Below are positions 9,357 to 19,598 of a stretch of DNA of 30,659 nt, one piece after another. Source of the DNA: Candidatus Hermodarchaeota archaeon. Its GTDB lineage: Archaea > Asgardarchaeota > Lokiarchaeia > Sigyniarchaeales > SOKP01. The stretch's first letter is position 1, and every line of letters starts with the position of its first letter. The notes beneath the pieces are model-generated. The model was not told the DNA's origin and did not search any database. It was given only the letters and a program-made list of their open reading frames with translations. Both the position numbers and the translations under genes were made by a program. The stretch is taken from the NCBI GenBank assembly GCA_048885535.1, contig JBHLLO010000034.1, positions 1-30,659 of the forward strand, given 5' to 3'.

Positions 9357-9500
9357 TTATAAATTAAGTGGTAATTTTTGCCCTTGTTCGTTAATAATAT
9401 CCTTGGGGAGTTCTTTTTGGATATTTAATTCATCATATAGCCAACTTAATAATCGGAGTTTAGCATTATAGAGTTCAACTTCTTCTTCAAACAATTCCAT
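9357..9500 (-). CDS. Small hypothetical protein (47 aa; not in ORF track)
   Basis: MELFEEEVELYNAKLRLLSWLYDELNIQKELPKDIINEQGQKLPLNL*. GGGGA lies just upstream, and the ORF fills the gap without overlap. Confidence 0.55.
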   Translation of the reverse strand: MELFEEEVELYNAKLRLLSWLYDELNIQKELPKDIINEQGQKLPLNL

Positions 9501-9576
9501 TTAAAATTCCCCAATTTTAATATCCAATGATCTAAATTGCTCTTAACCACATATTTATGATTATAATATAAGGATA

Positions 9577-10521
9577 TTATTCATTGGGTTTATCTAATAA
9601 CTCTTTTAATTCTGGTAACTTAAACCTTGGTAAATTATATTTTGAAAATCTGTTATAAATTCGTTTTGTTTTGCGTGTTAGAAGTTTCTCATACAAGAGT
9701 ATTGGAATTGCAAGAAGTCCTGTGACGATAAAGGGCAAGAAAAGTACGATTAATGGAGTTAAAATTGCTGGATCAAAGAGTACAGGTGAGTTTATAATTA
9801 TTTCAAAAGTAAGAATAATTTGACGAACATAAGCAAAAAGCGTAGCAAGACCAGTATAAGTTTCTAAAACTTTAAAGTATGAAAGGTGTACTCCCTCAAT
9901 TATAGGAGTTCGACGCTGATCTGGAAAGGTTCTATACATCATCAACCCACTATCTTCTAAAAGCCAAATTGGGAGAAATATAAGTGAACAAAAAGATGCA
10001 ACAAAAAATGTCATAAAAAAAGTAGCCTCAGCAGTATAGAGGGGTAAAAGAGCTGGATCATAAGTTGAGGGCAAAACCATTCTAAACATTTGTGGAGGAA
10101 TATCGAAAACTGACCTATAGAGTTGCATAGTAATTATCGCTGTACTAAAAGTAAATAGGCTTAAAATTAATGCTCGGTACAAAATTCGGCTAGCTTTAAT
10201 ATCTCTCTCTAATTCCAAAAATCCATAATCAGGTTTTTTTCTAAATATAAAAGTTATTTTGTTTATCTTAAATAATAGTTGAACCAAATAAGGAGAAATA
10301 AAATAGAAGATGATATAGCATATTATAGGGAAAATGTAGAAAAGGATAATATCAGTGTACATTGTACCTGGAAGTAGCGGAAGAAACCAAAATATATATT
10401 CAATAGGGACTAAATCTAAACTTGGATTATTGAAAGTTAAAATCCCAAGAATTATAAAAGATATAAATACAATTAAAGAAAATAAAAAGCAGATAAAAAT
10501 AGGTAAAAACTTCTTTTCCAA
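9577..10521 (-). CDS. Multi-pass membrane protein of unknown function
   Basis: About 6 hydrophobic segments; TTG start preceded by AGGTGAG (SD-like). Confidence 0.75.
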   Translation of the reverse strand: MEKKFLPIFICFLFSLIVFISFIILGILTFNNPSLDLVPIEYIFWFLPLLPGTMYTDIILFYIFPIICYIIFYFISPYLVQLLFKINKITFIFRKKPDYGFLELERDIKASRILYRALILSLFTFSTAIITMQLYRSVFDIPPQMFRMVLPSTYDPALLPLYTAEATFFMTFFVASFCSLIFLPIWLLEDSGLMMYRTFPDQRRTPIIEGVHLSYFKVLETYTGLATLFAYVRQIILTFEIIINSPVLFDPAILTPLIVLFLPFIVTGLLAIPILLYEKLLTRKTKRIYNRFSKYNLPRFKLPELKELLDKPNE

Positions 10522-10553
10522 TTATCTCACCTTTTAACTAAAATTTTTTTTAT

Positions 10554-10970
10554 TTAATTTGTTTTAAATTGATCTTTAATTTTTTCAAGGTTATAAGCAA
10601 TATTCTCAATAGGTTCACCATCTATAACCTTATCTAACTGCTCAACCAATTCTTTTGGAAACATTTCTAATTCTAAGACTTCATCCCTGAATTCCTTAAA
10701 ATTATCAGTTAATACATAATCGCTCGTACTTCTTTTTGCATCAAACTCATTCATAATCAATTTTTCAAAAATATCAATCATGCTATTCTTAATTTGACCT
10801 TCTAGTTGTATTACTCCCTGTTTTATATCATCAATCATATGGTCATATTTTTTATTGACTTCTACTAGAGCTGTTTGACGTTCTTCTTCAATTTTATCGA
10901 TTTTTGGTTTAACTTGATCTTTTTTTCTTTCCAATTCTTCAAGTTTAGATTTAATATCTTTAATCGCCAT
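10554..10970 (-). CDS. Hypothetical protein with N-terminal coiled coil
   Basis: 138 aa, charged and helical. Confidence 0.7.
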   Translation of the reverse strand: MAIKDIKSKLEELERKKDQVKPKIDKIEEERQTALVEVNKKYDHMIDDIKQGVIQLEGQIKNSMIDIFEKLIMNEFDAKRSTSDYVLTDNFKEFRDEVLELEMFPKELVEQLDKVIDGEPIENIAYNLEKIKDQFKTN

Positions 10971-11075
10971 AAATAATCTTCAAAATTTATTAATTATACC
11001 TTTTTAAACTTAAAACTTACTTAAAAGTTTATTTGTCTAGATTTGATTAAAATTTAGAAATCAATATTTAATGAT

Positions 11076-11993
11076 TCATGACCCTTTTCTATTTAAAAAA
11101 CCTAATATTCCATTTATCGAATTTTTAATGAAAATTAAATCAAATTCACGACTCTTGTGTTCTAATAACTTATTATTTGCAAAAATTTTATCTCTTTTCT
11201 CTAATTCTGAAATTATAACGCTATAGAAGTTGGGTTCATTACTTAAGTAGCTTAATTTTCCAATTACATCAACCCATATTGAAAGTTGATTTCTAGCAGT
11301 CAGTAACATTTCTTCTGCATTTTGTCTTTTCCCATAATGCGGATAGCAAATTAAATAATTTTTTAAATCTTTTTCTAATAGATTTTGAATTGAGAGCTTC
11401 CAAGATTCGTAATCAAAAATAGGGGGAGTTGCTGGACGAAGATAAAAATTTTCTCCTAACTCTTTATGAGTTCCACCAATTTCACCTGCAAATAAAATGT
11501 TATTAAACAAATACGACTGATGATGAGAGGCATGTCCTAAAGTTTCAATAATTTTAATGTTTTCCTCATCAAACTCAGAAAGGGTTATAAATTTTTCCTT
11601 TGAGATGGGAATAATCTTTCCATAAATATAAGCCATTTCACCTAACGTTTTAACACTGTTATTCCAAAGTTTTTCGGGGTTTATTAAATGCTTGATTCCT
11701 ATTGAGTGACAAACAATCTTAGCTTCAGGAAAATGGGTTAATAATTTTCCTACTCCCCCTGCATGATCAATATGTATATGTGTTAGTAATATATATTTTA
11801 AGTCACTTTTTCTAACTTTTAATATATCTAGAGCTGTTTTTAATGAATCTATTGACGCTGACGGTCCCGGATCAACTAAAAAACTAAGCTTGGTATCTTT
11901 ATATATCCATATACTAAGAAAGTTCTTAATCCCCCTTTTTTCTAAACCTAAACGAGCTTCATATAGATTGGAAGTAATTTTATAGACTTTCAT
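11076..11993 (-). CDS. MBL-fold metallo-hydrolase
   Basis: LVDPGP, THIHIDHAGG, GHASHH and PHYG. Confidence 0.9.
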   Translation of the reverse strand: MKVYKITSNLYEARLGLEKRGIKNFLSIWIYKDTKLSFLVDPGPSASIDSLKTALDILKVRKSDLKYILLTHIHIDHAGGVGKLLTHFPEAKIVCHSIGIKHLINPEKLWNNSVKTLGEMAYIYGKIIPISKEKFITLSEFDEENIKIIETLGHASHHQSYLFNNILFAGEIGGTHKELGENFYLRPATPPIFDYESWKLSIQNLLEKDLKNYLICYPHYGKRQNAEEMLLTARNQLSIWVDVIGKLSYLSNEPNFYSVIISELEKRDKIFANNKLLEHKSREFDLIFIKNSINGILGFLNRKGS

Positions 11994-12017
11994 AAATGAA
12001 AAGCAAGTTTAGATGAT

Positions 12018-13049
12018 TTATTTTAAGAAATTAGAATTTTTACGAATAGCTTTTTCCGCATCTTTTATTATTGTTTCGATTAAATCATTTACGTCCTCAA
12101 TAGAATCAATAATTCCAATCGATTGACCTAAAAGCACTGCTCCAGTTTCAATATCGCCATTATAGACTCTATCGTATGCTCCTAAATCTTTTGCTACTTG
12201 TTCAGGTGTAATTGACTGTTCATAAGCAATCATATCTTCTTTACTAGTCGGAGCTGGATGTTCTAATGCATACTTATTTTTAAATAATCGAATAGGACCA
12301 AAAGAACCTGTAAAGAGATCAGTATCTTGGGGAGTTCCTGGTGGTATTAATGCTTTATATTTAGGATGGAACTCACTTTGATTGCTAGCTATAAATCTAG
12401 AACCCATTGCTATTGCTCCTGCTCCAAGAGATAAAGCAGCGGCTAAAGATTCTCCAGTAGCAAAACCACCGCAAGCTATTTTAGGTAAATCTGGAAAATA
12501 CTTATTAATTTGTTGAAGCAATACTAGAGTTGTTACTTTTTCATAGGATTGATGCCCTCCTCCTTCAGTACCAGTTACTACAATACCATCCACCCCTGAA
12601 TCTACACATTTTTTTGCTAGCCACACGGCGGGGGCAACATGGAAATGTTTAACTTCAGATTTCTCTCTTAGTTCTTTAAAAGATTTTGATTCTGGAAGGA
12701 ATTTAGAAGAGCCCGCCGATGTTAGCCAATATAAACACTGCTCTCTCATTTTAGAGTTATTCAAAACAATTTTAGGTAAATCCCTTACCATTTCAACAAC
12801 ACCTTTATTATTCCGGGAGGTCAGAATATTAAGCCCAAATGGTTTATCTGTGTGTTCTATCATATATTCCAAGCTTTGCTTGTGTTCCTCAACAGGATCT
12901 GTTCCCACGATATTCACATTTGATAATACTCCTAAACCTCCAGCTTCGCTTACTGCTAATGCTAATTCTCGTGTGAAAAAAGGACCCATTGGAGCGCTAA
13001 AGATAGGATGCTTCAACCCAAACATTTTTGTTATGTTTGTTTCAATCAT
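12018..13049 (-). CDS. Nitronate monooxygenase / FabK-like FMN oxidoreductase
   Basis: PIFSAPMG, AVSEAGGLG, PFGLN, GTEGGGH, ACGGFATG, AMGSRF and GQSIG. Confidence 0.9.
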   Translation of the reverse strand: MIETNITKMFGLKHPIFSAPMGPFFTRELALAVSEAGGLGVLSNVNIVGTDPVEEHKQSLEYMIEHTDKPFGLNILTSRNNKGVVEMVRDLPKIVLNNSKMREQCLYWLTSAGSSKFLPESKSFKELREKSEVKHFHVAPAVWLAKKCVDSGVDGIVVTGTEGGGHQSYEKVTTLVLLQQINKYFPDLPKIACGGFATGESLAAALSLGAGAIAMGSRFIASNQSEFHPKYKALIPPGTPQDTDLFTGSFGPIRLFKNKYALEHPAPTSKEDMIAYEQSITPEQVAKDLGAYDRVYNGDIETGAVLLGQSIGIIDSIEDVNDLIETIIKDAEKAIRKNSNFLK

Positions 13050-13157
13050 TTAATTCACATTTAAATTGATTACAAATTGATATTGTATATTTATTAAAAA
13101 TAATTTTTGAATATTATTCAATTAATCTATTTAATCTAAAATTATTATCTATTAATA

Positions 13158-14060
13158 ATGCGGGAAAATAAAATACCTGAACCAATGGAAGGACTTAGAT
13201 TCATCGACACTCATTGCCATCTTCCATTTCCCCGTTCTAAAAAGAATGAAAATTTGCCATCAGATGAGCAACAATATCTTGATTATTTTAAAATGGGCGG
13301 TCTATATTTAATAACTAGTTCCATAGATAACAGTACATTAAAGTTAATTTTGGATTTTGTTAAGGATAAACTAAATATAGGATTTACTTGTGGTTGGGCA
13401 CCTCAGACAGTCACATATACCCCTAAAGCAAAATATGAAAGTGAGTGGAATAAATGGGTTGATTATATAAAGGATAATCAAGAGAAGTATATAGCAATTG
13501 GAGAGATTGGATTAGACTTCCATCATGCTCAAGATCTAATAAAAAGAGAAAAACAAATCACAGAACTAAAAAAAATATTCGAAATGACGGCATCTTTTGA
13601 AAAACCTTACGTACTCCACGTTAGAAATGCAGCAGAACATGAATATGATAGGACAAATCCTAAGCACAGATACAACAAAAGAGATGGAGCTACTAAAGAG
13701 ATATTAAATATTATTCGAGATTTTAAATTAAATCCAGATAAGATTCTCTGGCATTGTTTTTCTGGTCCAGAAGAGTACGGAACTCTATTACCTAAGCAAG
13801 GGTTTAAATTATCTGTTCCAAGTTCTGCATATAGTAGCAAAAAATGGAGAAAAGCTACTCAAGGAGCTCCATTAGAAGCATTATTAACTGAAACTGACAG
13901 TTATTTTCAGCATCCATATCTTAGGGGTCCTATAAATGTACCGTCAAATGTAAGATACTCCATTGCTGCAATTGCCCATTCTCACAATGTATCGCAGGAA
14001 TTGGTTAGTGAAATAACTATTTCAAATGCAAAAAGTTTCTTCAATTTAGATTTTAATTGA
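13158..14060 (+). CDS. tatD: TatD family nuclease
   Basis: DTHCHL, AIGEIGLDFH, VLHVR, WHCFSG and LLTETDS. Confidence 0.9.
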   Translation: MRENKIPEPMEGLRFIDTHCHLPFPRSKKNENLPSDEQQYLDYFKMGGLYLITSSIDNSTLKLILDFVKDKLNIGFTCGWAPQTVTYTPKAKYESEWNKWVDYIKDNQEKYIAIGEIGLDFHHAQDLIKREKQITELKKIFEMTASFEKPYVLHVRNAAEHEYDRTNPKHRYNKRDGATKEILNIIRDFKLNPDKILWHCFSGPEEYGTLLPKQGFKLSVPSSAYSSKKWRKATQGAPLEALLTETDSYFQHPYLRGPINVPSNVRYSIAAIAHSHNVSQELVSEITISNAKSFFNLDFN

Positions 14061-14167
14061 AAGAAGTCTATTTTAGATAATTTCAAGGTATAACACAAAT
14101 TTTTTTATAATTTATCATATTTCAAGATAAAAACGTAATTATAAAATTGTTAGAAAGAAGAGAAATT

Positions 14168-14683
14168 ATGAATATTTTGATTACTTATTTTAGCCAATCA
14201 GGCAATACAAAAAAGATAGCCCAAGCAATAAGGGAAGGATTGCATACACAAGATGTCGAGCTTAAACCTATTAATGAGACGAGTCCAGATGAGTTTCAGG
14301 ACTATGAATTAGTTTTTCTTGGTTCTGGAGTTTATGCTAGTAGAGTCCATAGCTCATTATTAAATTTAATAAAAAAAATCTCAAAATTTCCTAACAAATT
14401 TATCTACTTCTGTACACATGCTAGTCCAAAACTTTATCAAACACCATTTGAAAAAGTAACAAAAATTCTAGAGAAAAACAATTGCAATATTATTGGAGAA
14501 TTTGATTGTATAGGAGAGAATAAAGTTATGTCTTCAAAGACTAGATTAGACATGATAAAAAGGCTACCCCCTGAAGAACAAGAAAAGGCATTAAGAGATA
14601 TAGAATTAGCAAAAGATCGTCCCAATCAACTTGATATTGAGAATGCAAAAAAATTTGCTGAATCTATATTAGAAATGTCTTAA
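14168..14683 (+). CDS. Flavodoxin family protein
   Basis: YFSQSGNTKKIA FMN-binding loop, VFLGSGVY and GEFDC.G. ATG 14168 preferred over TTG 14147. Confidence 0.88.
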   Translation: MNILITYFSQSGNTKKIAQAIREGLHTQDVELKPINETSPDEFQDYELVFLGSGVYASRVHSSLLNLIKKISKFPNKFIYFCTHASPKLYQTPFEKVTKILEKNNCNIIGEFDCIGENKVMSSKTRLDMIKRLPPEEQEKALRDIELAKDRPNQLDIENAKKFAESILEMS

Positions 14684-14784
14684 GTTGAGAATGTAGTTTA
14701 TTATCTTATTTAAAAATGCTTATAAAAATTAGACCAAAGTTAATTTAAATAGTATGTAATAATTTTCATTACAATAACAATAAA

Positions 14785-16023
14785 TTGGTGAGATTATTGA
14801 GAAAAAAAATAAAAGTTCTAATTATTGCTTTAGTAGCTATACTTGGTGGTGGAGCATTAAGTTTTTTTATAGCTGGTTTTGCGACCTCTGGTACAATAAG
14901 TAATTCATTTACATTTAATTATCGAAATATCCCATTATCAGTTGAGGATCTTAATTTAAATGTAGACCTTGGAAGTTTAGATATTAAATATAACACATCA
15001 AATACTCCTTATATCGTTAAAATTGATGTAGATTTAACAATTTCAGGTCTCTTTATGACTGATAGACAGTATACAGATTTTTTTAAGTCCGCTACTGAAT
15101 GGTGGCAAAATACAACTTCTCCATTAATCTTTGATATGGAACTTCTTCCAGCAGTTTGGTTTAATCCTGCATTTTGGTTTAAATCATATAATATTAAAGT
15201 ATCTGTTGTCCTCAGAACCGATGTAGTTTTTGATATAAGTGCTATAGCAGGAACCGGATCGATTGAAATGACAATCCCTGATGATATTTCATTAAAAAAT
15301 ATAACAATTTCCTCCGGTACGGGTTCAGCGTTCTTAAATGCTTCAAATAACGTAGAAATTGATGGAACTGTTGATATAAACGCTGGTACTGGAAGTATTG
15401 GATTAATAAGCAGCGGTGCTAATATAACAGGTGGATTAGTAGCAGATACAGGTACAGGAAGTATTTCAATAAATTTAGCGAATTCTAATTTAGAGGAAGA
15501 TATATCTTTAAGAGCTGGTACAGGAAGTGTAACTTTTTTGGTAAGAAAAGCAGCCTGTTCAGGAGGTTTAACAGCATCTAGTGGTACTGGGAGTGTCACC
15601 GTGAATTTCACAAATTCTGTAATGGGACAGAGTATTAATCTTGACACAGGGACAGGTAGTATAAATTTTAAGACATATGATATGATTTACCTTGACGATA
15701 GTGTCTGGATGATGTCAACTGGTACTGGTGGAATAGATATTGAGATTACACAACATATGGGCATGAATGCAAATATAACAGGTACATTAACAACCGGAAC
15801 TGGTAAAATATCAATCCTCTACAAGGATGGTAGTGCTGATGTGGGTGCTAGCTTTTTTGGAAGTACAGGAACAGGAAACTTTATCAGAGTAAATTCTGGA
15901 GGTTTTGCTTCAATTACAAATAATCCATGGGATTCACTTGATTTTACTTCTGCTAACAACAAATATGATATATCTGCTTCAACTGGAACTGGCAATATTG
16001 AAGTTGATGGCTTGAGTGTTTAA
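14785..16023 (+). CDS. Membrane-anchored DUF4097-like beta-strand repeat (adhesin-like) protein
   Basis: Basic N-terminus plus one TM/signal helix, followed by about 10 repeats of (A/T/S)GTG(S/G/N)(I/V) at roughly 25-aa spacing. Confidence 0.75.
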   Translation: MVRLLRKKIKVLIIALVAILGGGALSFFIAGFATSGTISNSFTFNYRNIPLSVEDLNLNVDLGSLDIKYNTSNTPYIVKIDVDLTISGLFMTDRQYTDFFKSATEWWQNTTSPLIFDMELLPAVWFNPAFWFKSYNIKVSVVLRTDVVFDISAIAGTGSIEMTIPDDISLKNITISSGTGSAFLNASNNVEIDGTVDINAGTGSIGLISSGANITGGLVADTGTGSISINLANSNLEEDISLRAGTGSVTFLVRKAACSGGLTASSGTGSVTVNFTNSVMGQSINLDTGTGSINFKTYDMIYLDDSVWMMSTGTGGIDIEITQHMGMNANITGTLTTGTGKISILYKDGSADVGASFFGSTGTGNFIRVNSGGFASITNNPWDSLDFTSANNKYDISASTGTGNIEVDGLSV

Positions 16024-16088
16024 ATTTTTCTTTACTTTTTTTTTTCCTTTTTCTTATATGAAAGAAGAGAATTAAATTATGTTTTTTT

Positions 16089-16361
16089 TTAGTTATTTTT
16101 TTTATATTTTCCTATCAAAAAATCAATTATTTTAATTACCAAATAGATACTAAAGATCCAAACAATGCAATCAAACAAAAAAATTAACCATAATATTTCA
16201 ATTGGTGCTCCAGGATATATTGCTTGATTTAACCAATAGATAGGGTAACCCCATTTTTGAGTCCCAATTAAATCTCCTGTGGGAAAAGGAATAAACCCAA
16301 GAATAATTGTTAATGCAATCCCACTTACTATCGAAATAGTGATAAATAATTTATTTTTCAT
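16089..16361 (-). CDS. Small two-TM membrane protein
   Basis: 90 aa, two hydrophobic helices flanking a WGYPIYWL loop. Confidence 0.7.
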   Translation of the reverse strand: MKNKLFITISIVSGIALTIILGFIPFPTGDLIGTQKWGYPIYWLNQAIYPGAPIEILWLIFLFDCIVWIFSIYLVIKIIDFLIGKYKKNN

Positions 16362-16379
16362 GAAATTAAAAAAAGTTAG

Positions 16380-17567
16380 TCATTTTATCTCAATATCTAA
16401 TTTATCAATGATTTCCATAATGTCTAATACTTCAAAATTATAGTTGTAATCATTATTTGCATCCCTTAGATTTCTATAACAGAAGGGACATGTGGATGAT
16501 ATAACAGTAGCTTTTGTCTCTTTAGCCTCATCTAATCTTTCTTTCGAAATTTCTACCGACCATTCTGGATAACCAATCTTCACACCACCTCCTGCACCGC
16601 AACACCAAGCAAAATTCTTGTTTCTTTTCATTTCTACTAACTTTACCCCCGGAATCTTTTTATAAACCTCACGAGGGAGCTCATAAATTCCCATATGGCG
16701 ACCTAAGTGGCAAGGATCATGATATGTAACCGTAGAATTATATTCTGAATTGAATGCTATTTTTCCTTCATTTAACAATTGATGCACTAATTCGATTGTA
16801 TGAAATACTTTAAAGTCATAATTTATTCCAAATTTCTCAAAATCTTTCATAAATGTTCTATAGCAACCAGCACACGATGTAATAACTTTTGTAGCACCTA
16901 CTTTTTTTATTTGATCAAGATTATACATCATATAATCTTTAACAATTCCTAACTGACCCGTTCTAATCATAGGACTTGTACAGCAATGCTCATCAATTAA
17001 TGTAAAATCTATCCCTACTTTTTTTAAAAATCTCAGAGTAGCATCTCGTATATTTTGTTGTCTATAATTCGAAGTACATCCTATAAAGTAGATCCATTCT
17101 GCATTATCTGGAAGATTATAGTTTTTCTTTAACTCTTCATTATCAGAATTTGGCTCTCCATACGGATTACAATTTTCTTCACATCGAGATACTAACTGTA
17201 GCTGATTGGTTGCTGGACCAATATAGTTTACCGCCAGTTCCCTAAGGGATTCAATCATTTCAACAATGTAGTCAGCATGTGGAGCCTGACATGCATCTGA
17301 ACAAGCTCCACAAGTTGTGCAAGCAAAAATAGGATCTATTAATTCTTCATTCCACTCTAAATTTCCCATCAATACTCCACGAATGGTTCTAATACGGCCA
17401 CTTGGCCAATAAGATTCAAATAGATATTTCTCTCCTGATGGACAAATCTTCTCATAATTTTTAAAACCATATTTACATGTGCTACATTTAATACAATAAT
17501 CGAAAGCCATTTCAAGAAATTCCTTCCCATGCAAGTTTTGATCAATTTCGACCATTATAGATTCCAC
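16380..17567 (-). CDS. Fe-S/CCG oxidoreductase subunit (GlcF/HdrD-like)
   Basis: CIKCSTC...CP, CTTCGACSDAC, EHCC, SCAGC, YHDPCHLGRH, WCCGAGGG and CPFC; overlaps the upstream gene by 13 nt. Confidence 0.9.
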   Translation of the reverse strand: MESIMVEIDQNLHGKEFLEMAFDYCIKCSTCKYGFKNYEKICPSGEKYLFESYWPSGRIRTIRGVLMGNLEWNEELIDPIFACTTCGACSDACQAPHADYIVEMIESLRELAVNYIGPATNQLQLVSRCEENCNPYGEPNSDNEELKKNYNLPDNAEWIYFIGCTSNYRQQNIRDATLRFLKKVGIDFTLIDEHCCTSPMIRTGQLGIVKDYMMYNLDQIKKVGATKVITSCAGCYRTFMKDFEKFGINYDFKVFHTIELVHQLLNEGKIAFNSEYNSTVTYHDPCHLGRHMGIYELPREVYKKIPGVKLVEMKRNKNFAWCCGAGGGVKIGYPEWSVEISKERLDEAKETKATVISSTCPFCYRNLRDANNDYNYNFEVLDIMEIIDKLDIEIK

Positions 17568-19033
17568 CTCCCTGGATTGAAAATGTTATTTGGATCCATA
17601 CAACCTTTTATTTTTTCAAATAATTTAATCCAACCTGGATTGATTTTTTTTCTCATTTTTTCTGTCATCCACGTTGGTGTTTTATATGGGATACAACCAG
17701 CCTCAATACAGACATCAGCGATTTCATTCATGATTTCACTGATTAGATCTTCTTCCTTATATTTATTGTAAGGTAGAATTGGTCGAAAGATTCCATAATG
17801 TCCATATTTCATAATTTTTCCATAAATAATTGGACTATGATACTTGTATTTTTGGAATATTGCATCCGTTTTCTCGATTAATTCTTCAAATTTGTGAGTT
17901 GGAGCATAGCTTCCGAACCATGTAAGCCCCGACATGGGAACTGTGGGAAGAAGAACTGCTGGTAAATCATAAGCTTGTCTTGCTCTTAAGTCAAAAACTT
18001 TCACAAAATCATCAAAATCTAAAAGGAGAATCTTTTTCCCTTTATTATTGAGCTCATCAATTATGCTAAATAAAAGCTTCTTTTTTGCTTCAAATAATTC
18101 CTCAGTTTTAGCTGACATAGGCATAATTGCTATAAAATCTGGTTCACCGGGGAACTTTTTGGGATTTTCAATTTCGATAGCTAGTTTTACTGCCTGAATA
18201 TTAAAGTAATTAATATCATCTACAGTTTCAGATTTTCCCACTTCTCTTAATAATTCTCCAATATCAGTCAAACCAAAGACAAGGGCTACTATAGCTTTTT
18301 GAAAGGGATCATTTGGCCATAATTGAACAGCACATTTAGTAATCAAACCGGTAGTACCCTGCCAATTTACAAATAATCCTAATAAATCAGGCATAGGATA
18401 ACGAGACCACCAAGAATCCGGATCAGAATCTTCTAAGCCATAGAAACATGAACCAATCCTAGCAACGGTTCCATCAGCTAAAATCACTTCAAGGCCATTA
18501 ATTGAATCCCCCATTGAACCAATCTTGCATGATAGACTATTCATCCCACTTAAAATTGCATTTCCTACAACTCCTGCATAGGGGGGCGCATAAGGATAAC
18601 TATATCGTAAATGTGGATAATTTTCATCCAAATGTTTCTTTAATTGTCCAAAAGTAACTCCTGGTTCAAGTATAGCATACATCATAGTTTCATTCACATG
18701 TAAAATTTTGTTCATTTTTTTGCCAAAATCTACAATAATACCTCCTTGTTCAGGTATGGTCAATCCTCCTACATTATTGCCAGTTATATAAGGTGTAATC
18801 GGTATATGATTGATATTACAGTATTTAACTAATTCTATAAGTTGATTATCATTTTCAGGAATGACCACAAAATCAGGCATATGTGGTTTAGTCTCTGTCA
18901 TATCGTAGGAATATGGATATAAATCAACTTTTTTAAGAGAAACGTTTTCTGAACCAAAAATTTCTACTAGTTTCTTATAAATTTCTTCTTTACTAGCTTT
19001 TTCAAATATATTCCTTTCTTTTATTTGAGTCAT
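17555..19033 (-). CDS. FAD-binding oxidoreductase (VAO/PCMH - GlcD superfamily)
   Basis: PDFVVIP, LEPGVTFGQL, GLEVILADG, PDLLGLFV..QGTTGLITK and C-terminal DPNNIFNPGRW. Confidence 0.9.
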   Translation of the reverse strand: MTQIKERNIFEKASKEEIYKKLVEIFGSENVSLKKVDLYPYSYDMTETKPHMPDFVVIPENDNQLIELVKYCNINHIPITPYITGNNVGGLTIPEQGGIIVDFGKKMNKILHVNETMMYAILEPGVTFGQLKKHLDENYPHLRYSYPYAPPYAGVVGNAILSGMNSLSCKIGSMGDSINGLEVILADGTVARIGSCFYGLEDSDPDSWWSRYPMPDLLGLFVNWQGTTGLITKCAVQLWPNDPFQKAIVALVFGLTDIGELLREVGKSETVDDINYFNIQAVKLAIEIENPKKFPGEPDFIAIMPMSAKTEELFEAKKKLLFSIIDELNNKGKKILLLDFDDFVKVFDLRARQAYDLPAVLLPTVPMSGLTWFGSYAPTHKFEELIEKTDAIFQKYKYHSPIIYGKIMKYGHYGIFRPILPYNKYKEEDLISEIMNEIADVCIEAGCIPYKTPTWMTEKMRKKINPGWIKLFEKIKGCMDPNNIFNPGRWNL

Positions 19034-19044
19034 TTCTCATTTCC

Positions 19045-19467
19045 TCATCTCGTTTTTTTATTTAATTCATAGTAGTTAACATTTTCTTGTTGAGCAGCTT
19101 TTTGCAGACTTACCATAAAAATGTTATAAAATTTAGTTAATTTTGAGCTATCCTGCCCTAGACCTTCAATTATCATATGACCCTCCTCCATTGCAAAAAA
19201 GGGATTTATTCTATCATATGCCATATCTAACATAGCGTTAATATGCATTTTAACCTTTAAATCAGGGGATTCAATTTCACCCCTTTCAAATAATATTTTA
19301 TCTCCTTCAAAAATCACCGTAACGGGGTAAAAAGGTTCCAAATGGATAACAATTTTCTTATTCCAGTCGTGAATAAGTTTTTTAAAAGCCTTCTCATCTT
19401 TCCTTTTGGAAAATATATTATACAAGGAGATAGAAATTAAATCTTCTGGCTCTTGTATTGAAATCAT
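19045..19467 (-). CDS. SCP2 sterol-binding domain protein
   Basis: PDLKVKM...INPFFAMEEGHMIIEG resembles the SCP2 consensus (NPxxAxxxGxxxIxG). First gene of the FAD/CCG operon, with AGGTGA upstream. Confidence 0.7.
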   Translation of the reverse strand: MISIQEPEDLISISLYNIFSKRKDEKAFKKLIHDWNKKIVIHLEPFYPVTVIFEGDKILFERGEIESPDLKVKMHINAMLDMAYDRINPFFAMEEGHMIIEGLGQDSSKLTKFYNIFMVSLQKAAQQENVNYYELNKKTR

Positions 19468-19598
19468 TTTTTATTTCACCTTGGATATGTACTTAATAAA
19501 AAAAATTTTGATTTTAAGTTATATATATTTAATTGTTTTAAAATTAAATTGATTTTAAAAAGCAAGAAGCTTAAATTCGGTAAAAAAATAATTTACTT

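Noticed and set aside
15009-15647. 212-aa minus-strand ORF with PVP repeats
   Set aside because: Antisense shadow of the GTG-repeat gene; the PVP repeats are the reverse complement of GTG codons.
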